Shown here one piece after another: positions 8,817-16,255 of a stretch of DNA of 20,011 nt; position 1 is the stretch's first letter; every line of letters starts with the position of its first letter. A program made the translations under genes and the position numbers. Source of the DNA: Candidatus Geohabitans tengchongensis (GTDB lineage Bacteria > Sysuimicrobiota > Sysuimicrobiia > Sysuimicrobiales > Humicultoraceae); contig JAVKIH010000035.1 in the NCBI GenBank assembly GCA_031459625.1, positions 1 through 20,011 on the forward strand, given 5' to 3'. The notes beneath the pieces were generated by a model, which did not search any database, had not been told where the DNA came from, and saw only the letters and a program-made list of their open reading frames with translations.

Positions 8817-9497
8817 ATGCCGGAGCTCCTCACCGCCCCCATCCCTACCTGGGAGATCCTCCTCCGCCTGCTGCTGGCCATCTGCCTGGGCGGCCTCATC
8901 GGGCTGGAGCGGGAGACGGTGGAAAAGCCCGCCGGCTTCCGCACCCACATGCTGGTCTCGCTGGGGGCGGCCCTCTTCACCCTGGTCTCCCGGGTGGGCT
9001 TCTTCGGCAGCGGCGCCGACCCCGCGCGGGTGGCCAGCAACATCGTGGTGGGGATCGGCTTCCTGGGGGCGGGGACGATCTGGCGCAGCGGCGTGACGGT
9101 GCAGGGGCTCACCACCGCCGCCAGCCTGTGGACCGTGGCGGCCATCGGCACCGCCACCGGGGTGGGGTTCTACGAGGGGGCGGTGGCCACCACGGCGCTG
9201 GTCATGGCCGTGCTCATCCCCTTCAAGCGCATCGAGCGCTGGATCCCCCGCCGCGGGCAGGCCACCGTGGAGGTGCTCATGGTGGACCGCCCCGGGCAGC
9301 TCGGCAAGATCGGCACGGTGCTGGGGGCCTTCAACGTGAACATCGAGCACGTGGAGCTCTCCCAGAAGCTGAACGAGCACGTGACCATGAGCCTGGCCGT
9401 CCGCCTGCCTTCGCGGGTGACCAAGGAAGAGGTGCTGGTGGCGCTCGGCGACGTGGAGGGCGTGGAGGAGGTCCGCTGGAAGGAGGCCGCCGGCTGA
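8817..9497 (+). CDS. MgtC/SapB family membrane protein with C-terminal ACT domain
   Basis: GGLIGLERE..KPAGFRTH, VVGIGFLGAG and GLTTAASLW..AAIG; ACT-like DRPGQLGKIGTVLG. Confidence 0.92.
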   Translation: MPELLTAPIPTWEILLRLLLAICLGGLIGLERETVEKPAGFRTHMLVSLGAALFTLVSRVGFFGSGADPARVASNIVVGIGFLGAGTIWRSGVTVQGLTTAASLWTVAAIGTATGVGFYEGAVATTALVMAVLIPFKRIERWIPRRGQATVEVLMVDRPGQLGKIGTVLGAFNVNIEHVELSQKLNEHVTMSLAVRLPSRVTKEEVLVALGDVEGVEEVRWKEAAG

Positions 9498-10699
9498 TGC
9501 GCAACACCAACGTCGAGTTCCTCGCCGGCAAGCCCGTGGCGGAGCACGAGGTGGAGATCGTCGAGCGCAAGGGCGTGGGCCACCCCGACTCCATCTGCGA
9601 CGCCATCATGGAGCGGGTCTCCATCGCGCTGAGCCGCGAGTACCTCTCGCGCTTCGGGGTCGTCCTGCACCACAACATCGACAAGGCCTTCCTGGTGGCC
9701 GGCGGGGCGGAGGTGGCCTTCGGCGGCGGGCGCATCACCGAGCCCATGCGCCTGATCTTCGGCGACCGCGCCACCTACCGCTACAACGACGAGGAGGTGC
9801 CGGTCCCCGAGATCGCCGTCACCACCGCGCGGGCCTGGATCGCCGAGCACCTGCGCTTCGTCGACCCCGAGGAGCACGTGATCTACGACGTGCAGATCAA
9901 GCCCGGCTCCCCCGAGCTCGTGGACATCTTCCACCGGGAGGTCCCCGGGGCCAACGACACCTCCGCCGCCGTCGGCTACGCCCCCCTCACGCCGACCGAG
10001 CTGATCGTCCGCCAGGTGGAGAACCTGATGAACTCGCGCACCTTCAAGCAGGAGTTCCCCGAGGCCGGCGAGGACATCAAGGTCATGGGCTTCCGCCACG
10101 GCAACCGCCTGTCGCTCACGGCGGCCGTGGCCTTCGTCGACCGCTTCATCGAGGGGGAGGCGCACTACTTCCGGCGCAAGGCGGAGATGCGCGAGGCGGT
10201 CTACGACTTCGTCCGCCGGCACACCACCTTCGATGAGGTCACCCTGGACATCAACACGCTGGACGCGCCCGGCCGCGGCCTGGGGGGCGTCTACCTGAGC
10301 GTCACCGGGACCTCCGCGGAGAGCGGCGACTCGGGCCAGATCGGCCGCGGCAACCGGGTGAACGGGGTCATCGCCGTGAACCGCCCCATGGGGACGGAGG
10401 CGGCGGCGGGCAAGAACCCCGTCTCCCACGTGGGGAAGATCTACACGATCTTCACCCACCAGGTAGCCGCGCGAATCCACGAAGAGGTGCGGGGGATCCG
10501 CGAGGTCTACGTCTGGATGCTCAGCCAGATCGGCGCGCCCATCGACCAGCCCAAGATCGCCGCGGCGCAGATCATCCCGGCCCCGGGCGCGCGCAAAGCG
10601 GCCATCCGCCGGCAGGTCCTGGAGGTCCTGGAGCGGGAGCTGGCGGCGCTGCCGGTCCTCACCCGGGAGCTGGCCGAGGGGCGCTACCCGGTCGTCTAG
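9497..10699 (+). CDS. mat: Methionine adenosyltransferase, archaeal-type family (400 aa)
   Basis: ATG 9497 overlaps the upstream TGA. Motifs VEIVERKGVGHPDSICD, HHNIDK, ANDTS..VGYAP, GEDIKVMG, VTGTSAESGDSGQIGRGNRVNG, EAAAGKNPVSHVGKIY and LSQIGAPIDQP. Confidence 0.95.
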   Translation: MRNTNVEFLAGKPVAEHEVEIVERKGVGHPDSICDAIMERVSIALSREYLSRFGVVLHHNIDKAFLVAGGAEVAFGGGRITEPMRLIFGDRATYRYNDEEVPVPEIAVTTARAWIAEHLRFVDPEEHVIYDVQIKPGSPELVDIFHREVPGANDTSAAVGYAPLTPTELIVRQVENLMNSRTFKQEFPEAGEDIKVMGFRHGNRLSLTAAVAFVDRFIEGEAHYFRRKAEMREAVYDFVRRHTTFDEVTLDINTLDAPGRGLGGVYLSVTGTSAESGDSGQIGRGNRVNGVIAVNRPMGTEAAAGKNPVSHVGKIYTIFTHQVAARIHEEVRGIREVYVWMLSQIGAPIDQPKIAAAQIIPAPGARKAAIRRQVLEVLERELAALPVLTRELAEGRYPVV

Positions 10700-10752
10700 C
10701 TAGCGGCGGCTTCGGAGCGGCTGGCGGCCAGCCTCGGCTGCGACGGTCCACT

Positions 10753-11910
10753 GTGGGCGGAGCGGGAGAGCACCACGGCTTTCAGTGGGGGCCCCGGCGC
10801 AGAGCGCTGGCCATCCTGGCCCTGGCCGTGCTCCTCCTCGCCGCCTGCGCCATCACGCAGACCCCCGCGCCGGTGGGCACGGCCGCCCTGCGGCCGGGTG
10901 AGCCGCGACGCCTGAGCGACCGGCCGGCACTCAGCCCGCCCGCCTGGAGCCCTCAGGGCGATCGCATCGCCTACGCCACCACCGACGGCATCTGGGTGCA
11001 GCCGCTCGCGGGGGGGGAACGCCGGCTGGCGCCGTCGGGGGTCGTGACCGACCTGGCGTGGTCCCCGGCAGGTCAGCTCCTTGCCTACATCGACCGCGGC
11101 GAGGTGTGGGTGCTGCGGGTGGACGGGTCGCGCCGCCGCCGCATCCGCCTGCCCCCGTCGCGGGACGGCATGCCCTGGTTCGCCACCCACGTGGCCTGGG
11201 GACACACGGGCGACCGGTTCGCCGTGGCCGCCCGCGCCGCCGGGGCCCGTCCCGGGGACCCGCCCCGGGCGGGGGTCTGGCTGCTCGGCGCCGACGGGGG
11301 GTTCCGCCGCCTGGTCTACGAGCGCACGGGGGTGGAGGTGGCGGGGGTGCAGTGGTTCCCCGACGACCTCTTCCTCTTCATCGCGGTGGGCGGCCGGGAA
11401 GGTCAGCCTCCCACCCTGTGGCGCTGGCGCATCACCTACCCCGACCGCCGCCCGCTCCTCCGGGTGGCCCCGGACGCCTGGCTCCACCGCCTCTCCCCGG
11501 ACGGCCGTCGGGTGGCCTTCGTGGCGCCCGAGGCGGTGCGCCCCCCCGCGCCCGACGGGGCCCGCGTGCCGATCCTCTCCCACCGCCAGCACGTCTGGGT
11601 GACGAACGCCGACGGCGGCGCCCGACGGCGCCTCACTGAGCAGGCCGCCCGCGTCACCGGATTGGACTGGTCTCCCGCCTCGGAGAAGGTGGCCTTCGCC
11701 ACTGTGCTGGACGACGCCCACGGGGAGATCTGGATCGCCGACGTCCTCGGCCCCGGGCGCCTGCGGGCCGCCCGCTTCACGGCGGAGTTCCCGGACCCCG
11801 CCCTGCCGTTGCAGGTGCGCTGGGCTCCGGACGGGCGGCACCTGGCCTACGGCACGAACAGCGGCAGCTACACCGGGCTGGTCTGGGTGGTGCCGTTGGA
11901 GCGGCGGTAG
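10753..11910 (+). CDS. Putative lipoprotein with TolB/PD40-like beta-propeller repeats
   Basis: Signal peptide with lipobox (RRRALAILALAVLLLAAC). Repeated motifs PAWSPQGDRIAY, LAWSPAGQLLAY, LSPDGRRVAFV, DWSPASEKVAF and WAPDGRHLAY. Exact start is uncertain. Confidence 0.8.
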   Translation: MGGAGEHHGFQWGPRRRALAILALAVLLLAACAITQTPAPVGTAALRPGEPRRLSDRPALSPPAWSPQGDRIAYATTDGIWVQPLAGGERRLAPSGVVTDLAWSPAGQLLAYIDRGEVWVLRVDGSRRRRIRLPPSRDGMPWFATHVAWGHTGDRFAVAARAAGARPGDPPRAGVWLLGADGGFRRLVYERTGVEVAGVQWFPDDLFLFIAVGGREGQPPTLWRWRITYPDRRPLLRVAPDAWLHRLSPDGRRVAFVAPEAVRPPAPDGARVPILSHRQHVWVTNADGGARRRLTEQAARVTGLDWSPASEKVAFATVLDDAHGEIWIADVLGPGRLRAARFTAEFPDPALPLQVRWAPDGRHLAYGTNSGSYTGLVWVVPLERR

Positions 11911-13288
11911 GGGGATCGGGGCACGACGGCGCGCAGGTCCGCGTCGGCTCGATGGCCGGCCGCCAGGGCCCCACGGAGGACGCGGCGGAGGCGGGCGGCC
12001 TCGTCGGGGACCTCCAAGGCCTCGTAGAGGTCGGCCGCCTTCGGCAGCGGCCCGGCCGCCTCCTCCGCCGACCCCACGGCAGCGAGGGTCTGCCCCAGGC
12101 AGGCGAGCGCCGCGGCCTGGCTGCGCGGGTTGCCGGCCCGGTTCGCTGCCTGGAGAGCCTCGCGTGCCCAGCGGGCCGCCTCCTCGGGCTGCCGCAGGGC
12201 CAGGGCGATGCGCGAGAGCAGCGCTTCGGCTTCGCCCGAATCGGCCCCGCACCCCGTCCGGCGGACGACCTCCAGGCAACGCTCCGCCCACCGCCGTGCC
12301 CGGCGGTACCCCTCCTCCTAGCTGCCGGGCTCGGCCAGGCTGTCCGCCCGCTCGGTCTCGACAGCCCCAGGTTGTAGAGGGCGGCCTGGACGCCCCAGGG
12401 GTGGGCGTCTGCCGTCGCGTACTCGAACGTACAGAGGAAGTGGGCGACGGCGGCGTCGAGTTCCCCACGGGCCCGCGCTAGCTAGGTGTCCCAGCCCGCG
12501 GAAAATTGCCCCCAGCTCCCGGTAGTGGCGTGTCCCTTCCAGCCGATGCCAGGCCCCGACGTAGGCGGCGTGGGCCGCCTGCCACTGGCGCGTCGCCCGC
12601 AGCATCCACCCGTGGATGATGTGGGCCCGGGCCGTCACCAGGTAGTCCCCCCCTGCTCCTTCGCTACCCGGACCGCGTCCTCGGCCTCGGCGAGGGCGGC
12701 GCGGATCTGGCCGCGCAGCTCCAGCAGGCGTGCTCGCAGGACTCGCGCCAGCACCTGGTGCCGGGCGTGGTGGACGCCGTTCTCGGCCACGCGCGCCAAT
12801 GCCGCTTCTGCCTCGTCCAGCACTCCCCGGTCCAGGGCCCACTCAGCCTCGGCCAGCGCCGACCCCAGGACGTAGCGGGCCTCGGCGTCGTCCAGAGTGA
12901 CCGGCTGGGCCACCTCCAGCAGCAGGTGGGCGCGCACCTCCGCCAGGGGGACATCGAAGGCGATGGCCTCGGGACCCAGGGCCAGCCGGAAGAGCTGCGT
13001 CAGGGCCCCCCGGGGGGACTCGATGAGGCGCCATCCCCGCCGCTGAACCTGGCTGACGTGCCGGCGGATCTCCTTCCCCACGCTGGCCGCCTTCGACCGG
13101 CTCCAGTGCGGCAGGGCGCGGATGTCGGCGGCGGTGAGGAAGCGATGATTGCCCTGCAGCCGTTGCAGGGCGAGGAAGGCGTAGAGGTCGAGGAACTTGG
13201 GCGTCAGGCCCAAACGGCGACCGCCCAGGCGCAGCTCGTGGGCCTGCAGGGACACCTGCAGGGTGGCCTCACCATCGGTCTGGGGCAT
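11868..13288 (-). pseudogene. Disrupted winged-helix (OmpR/PhoB/SARP-like) plus TPR transcriptional regulator, about 470 aa when restored
   Basis: ATG 13288 begins MPQTDG...ELRLGGRRLGLTPKFLDLYAFLAL...VGKEIRRHVSQV...FRL, followed by TPR-like helices. Lesions: C7 run at 12647-12653 (restores QGDYLVTARAH), CTAG duplication at 12478-12485 (restores GHLARARGELDAAVAHF), 1-nt deletion near 12360 (AALYNLGL to ETERADS), and an in-frame TAG at 12318-12320. The frame then stays open to 11868. Confidence 0.75.
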
Positions 13289-13459
13289 CCCAACACCCAA
13301 AGGGTTGAGCTGCTGTGAGAATCTGTGAATGCATTCTCTGGACGCCCTTCCGATCAAGTAGGCGCCACCTGCGAGGAAGGCACGCGGCGGCGGCTGCCCT
13401 GGTCATCGCGACGAAGCGAATATACGTTTCGTTGAGAGCACATTCCCCCTTTTCCCAGA

Positions 13460-13488
13460 TCGACCGCGCGGCGCGTTCCCGCTATAAG
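13460..13488 (+). promoter_or_regulatory. Candidate sigma70-type promoter of the polysaccharide operon
   Basis: TCGACC (13460-13465), 17-nt spacer, TATAAG (13483-13488), in a relatively AT-rich divergent intergenic region. Confidence 0.45.
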
Positions 13489-13589
13489 GGTCCTCAACAG
13501 CCCAAGAACCGCTCACGGAGTCTCGTAAGTCTGTTCGCCGGTGTGTTCGTGGACGCCCGGGCGGGCAGCCCGGTGCCCGAGGGGAGGCC

Positions 13590-13895
13590 ATGGGCTTCAC
13601 GTACCGCAACGCGGCCGCCGACCAGTGCGCGTACACCGGCACGGCCGGCAGCCGTCACGTGGTCCGGTTCCAGGGCAGCGACTACACCATCATCGGGATC
13701 TTCTTCCGCCTGCTGCCCGACGGGCGACGTGCCCTCTGGTACGTCCTGCGCTCCGCGCTGCACCCGCGGGACGGGTTGCGCATGTGGGAAGCGCCTCCCG
13801 TGGGGGTCAATCAGAACGGCCAGGCCGGCGGGGACGCCGCCCGCCGGGTCGTCCTGGACGGCGACGCGGCCGCCGGAGGGGTCGTCCCCCCGTGA
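13590..13895 (+). CDS. Hypothetical protein, 101 aa
   Basis: Strong RBS GGGGAGG just upstream, GC3-rich codons, protein-like composition (RHVVRFQGSDYTIIGIFFRLLPDGRRALWYVLR), and a TGATG overlap with the next gene. Confidence 0.75.
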   Translation: MGFTYRNAAADQCAYTGTAGSRHVVRFQGSDYTIIGIFFRLLPDGRRALWYVLRSALHPRDGLRMWEAPPVGVNQNGQAGGDAARRVVLDGDAAAGGVVPP

Positions 13896-14397
13896 TGGTC
13901 TGGTACGCGGTACGCGCCAAGCGGGGGCAGGAGGCCCGCGTCGTGGCCCACCTCACGCCGCGCGGCGTGGGCACGCTGCTCCCCCTGCTGGAGGTGATCC
14001 GTCGCTACCGCACGCGCCGCGTCACCCTGCTGGAGCCGCTCTTCCCCGGGTACCTCTTCGTCCGGACTCCCCCCGCTGTCGCGGACCCGCGCACCTACGA
14101 CCGGGTGCGCTGGGCGCCGGGCGTGCGCTACGTGCTGGGGACGGAGGAGGGGCCCGTCCCCGTCCCCGACGAGGTGGTCGGCGCCATCCAGGTGCGCGTG
14201 GCCGAGCTGGGGTTCGTGCGCCCGCGCCGCGGGTACGACCGCGGCGCCCGGGTGCGCTTCCTGCGCGGGCCCCTGGAGGGCTGGAGGCCGTCTTCGACCG
14301 GTCCATGTCCCGCGCGGGGCGCGTGCGCGTGCTGCTGGACCTGCTGGGACAACCGCGCGGCGTCGAGGTCGACCTGGCCGACCTGGAGTCGGCCTGA
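13895..14397 (+). pseudogene. RfaH-like NusG-paralogue antiterminator with one frameshift
   Basis: NGN domain MVWYAVRAKRGQE...EPLFPGYLFV...PGVRYVLG...PVPVPDEVV. The KOW domain GARVRFLRGPLEG continues in another frame as LEAVFDR...RVRVLLDLLGQ...ESA*. One base is missing at about 14278-14281 (real lesion or sequencing error). Confidence 0.85.
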
Positions 14398-14538
14398 CCG
14401 TATACTGGCCGCGGCTCGGCCGCGGCCGCGCCTTGCGGACAGCGCCGCACGACCGGCCGCCGGAGAAGTTCGGCGTGCACGGTTGGGGCGGAACTGTGTC
14501 CCGGTGACACCCTGAGAGCCGCAACGGAGGTCAGCGGG

Positions 14539-15723
14539 ATGGACGCCCGCCGTCGTCTCGCCGCCGCCGGCGTTGCCGCCCTGGCGGCGCTGCTGCTCCT
14601 GTCGCCCGCGTCGCCCCAGGCCGTCTCGAACTACATCCTCGGTCCCGGGGACCTCCTGGAGGTCTCGGTGTGGGGGTACCCCGACCTCACCCGCACCGTG
14701 GCCGTCCGCCCCGACGGCAGGGTCAGCCTGCCGCTGGTGGGGGAGGTGCGCGCGGCCGGCCTCTCCGTGGCCCAGCTCACCCGGGTGCTCACGCGGGCCT
14801 ACGCCGAGTACATCCGCGAGCCCCAGGTCACCGTCATCGTCAAGGAGTTCCGGCGCATCCGTGCCTCGGCCCTGGGACAGGTGGAGCGCCCGGGCACCTA
14901 TGTGCTCGCGCCGGGCTCGCGCCTCCTCGACCTCCTCTCCGAGGCGGGCGGGCTGACCGAGGCGGCCGCCCCCCAGGGGCAGCTGCTGGTGGCCGGGCGA
15001 CCGCCCAAGCCTGTCGACCTGCAGAAGGTGCTGGCCGGCGACGCGACGGCGAACCTGGTGCTGCTCGGGGGCGAGACGCTGGTGGTCCCCGAGGACCTGA
15101 CCAACATCGTGAACGTCCTGGGCGAGGTGCAGCGGCCGGGACGCTACCGGCTGAAGGGGGAGGTCCGGGTGCTGGACGCCCTGCTCATGGCCGGCGGGCT
15201 GACCGAAAAGGCCTCCCTGGGCGGGGCGCGGCTGGTGCGGGCCTCGCGCGAGACCGTGGCGCTCCACCTGGACGCCCTGCTGCTGCGCCAGGAGATGGGC
15301 CACAACCTGCCGCTGGCGCCGGGGGACACCCTGTTCATCCCGGAGGAGCTCAACACGCGGATCTACGTCCTGGGCGACGTGAACAGCCCGGGCGCCTTCC
15401 CGGTGCGGGGCCCGGTGACGCTGCTGCAGGCCATCGCCATGGCCGGCGGGCCGGTGCAGCGGGGCGCGGCCACGGCCAGGGCGGTGCACATCGTGCGGCG
15501 CAACGGGGGCGGGGACCAGGTGGTCGCGGGCGGACGGGTGGAGCGGCTGCCCAACGGGGGGACGCTGGTGAGCGTCGAGCTGGCCGCGCTCATGCAGCCG
15601 GCGGGGGCGGCGCGGGAGATCGCGGTCCTCCCGGGCGACGTGGTCGTCATCCCCCAGAGCCAGCTCAGCGGCCTGCAGGTCATCCTCAGCATCCTGTCGG
15701 GGATCCTGGGGCTCTTCCGCTAG
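14539..15723 (+). CDS. Polysaccharide export protein (Wza/OPX family; Poly_export + SLBB domains)
   Basis: RBS GGAGG and signal peptide. Motif YILGPGDLLEVSVWG..VRPDGRVSLPLVGEV, three SLBB starts (LGQVERPG, LGEVQRPG, LGDVNSPG) and a C-terminal amphipathic helix. Confidence 0.92.
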   Translation: MDARRRLAAAGVAALAALLLLSPASPQAVSNYILGPGDLLEVSVWGYPDLTRTVAVRPDGRVSLPLVGEVRAAGLSVAQLTRVLTRAYAEYIREPQVTVIVKEFRRIRASALGQVERPGTYVLAPGSRLLDLLSEAGGLTEAAAPQGQLLVAGRPPKPVDLQKVLAGDATANLVLLGGETLVVPEDLTNIVNVLGEVQRPGRYRLKGEVRVLDALLMAGGLTEKASLGGARLVRASRETVALHLDALLLRQEMGHNLPLAPGDTLFIPEELNTRIYVLGDVNSPGAFPVRGPVTLLQAIAMAGGPVQRGAATARAVHIVRRNGGGDQVVAGGRVERLPNGGTLVSVELAALMQPAGAAREIAVLPGDVVVIPQSQLSGLQVILSILSGILGLFR

Positions 15724-15872
15724 GGATGGTGGCGGGGCGGCGGAGGAGGGGGAGGGGCTCGCTTTTCCAATTCTCCCAACGATGGAACGTGCGTGGCGTC
15801 GTCGGCCGCGCGGCGTCGGGGACGGTGCGCGGCCACGACACCACCACCCTCTCCCAGGGGCGTGAGGACCGC

Positions 15873-16253
15873 ATGCCGATCTACGAGTACCGCTGTCAGG
15901 AGTGCCGCACCCGGGTCCAGCTCTTCTGGCTCCCCCCGGAGGTCCCCGACCCCGTCTGCACCCGCTGCGGCAGCCGCCGCCTCACCCGCATCATCTCCCG
16001 CGTGGCCCGGGTGCGGTCCGAAGAGGACCGGCTGGAGTCGCTGGCCGACGACCCGTCGCTGGCCGAGGTGGACGAGCACGACCCCCGCAGCGTGGCGCGG
16101 TTCATGCGCCGCATGGGGCGGGAACTGGGAGAGGACCTGGGCGATGACTTCGACCAGGCGGTGGAGGAGCTGGAGGCGGGGGGCGCCGGGGGCGAAGGGG
16201 AGGAGGGCGAGTCGGGGTCCGCGGGGGAGATGGCGGCGGCCGGGCGGGAGTAG
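15873..16253 (+). CDS. FmdB-family zinc-ribbon protein (126 aa)
   Basis: GAGG RBS; MPIYEYRCQEC...VCTRCGS; acidic helical tail DPRSVARFMRRMGRELGEDLGDDF. Confidence 0.88.
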   Translation: MPIYEYRCQECRTRVQLFWLPPEVPDPVCTRCGSRRLTRIISRVARVRSEEDRLESLADDPSLAEVDEHDPRSVARFMRRMGRELGEDLGDDFDQAVEELEAGGAGGEGEEGESGSAGEMAAAGRE

Positions 16254-16255
16254 GG

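Noticed and set aside
6593..9496. 1368-aa ORF 6593..10699 as a single giant protein
   Set aside because: Only the last 400 codons (from ATG 9497) are MAT. The rest is an off-frame shadow of rseP, ispG and mgtC with R/G/P-rich composition.
12318..12320. Pyrrolysine or readthrough recoding of the in-frame TAG
   Set aside because: The gene has three other lesions and no recoding machinery is visible, so a nonsense mutation is simpler.
13500..13589. c-di-GMP-I riboswitch or canonical ops site in the first leader
   Set aside because: GGGCAGCCCGGTGCCC loosely resembles the riboswitch 3' end, but the GGCAAA/GNRA/GACGCAAAGC core is absent and there is no GGCGGTAG.
14270..14285. Programmed ribosomal frameshift in the RfaH-like gene
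   Set aside because: There is no X-XXY-YYZ slippery heptamer, and similar 1-nt losses affect neighbouring genes.
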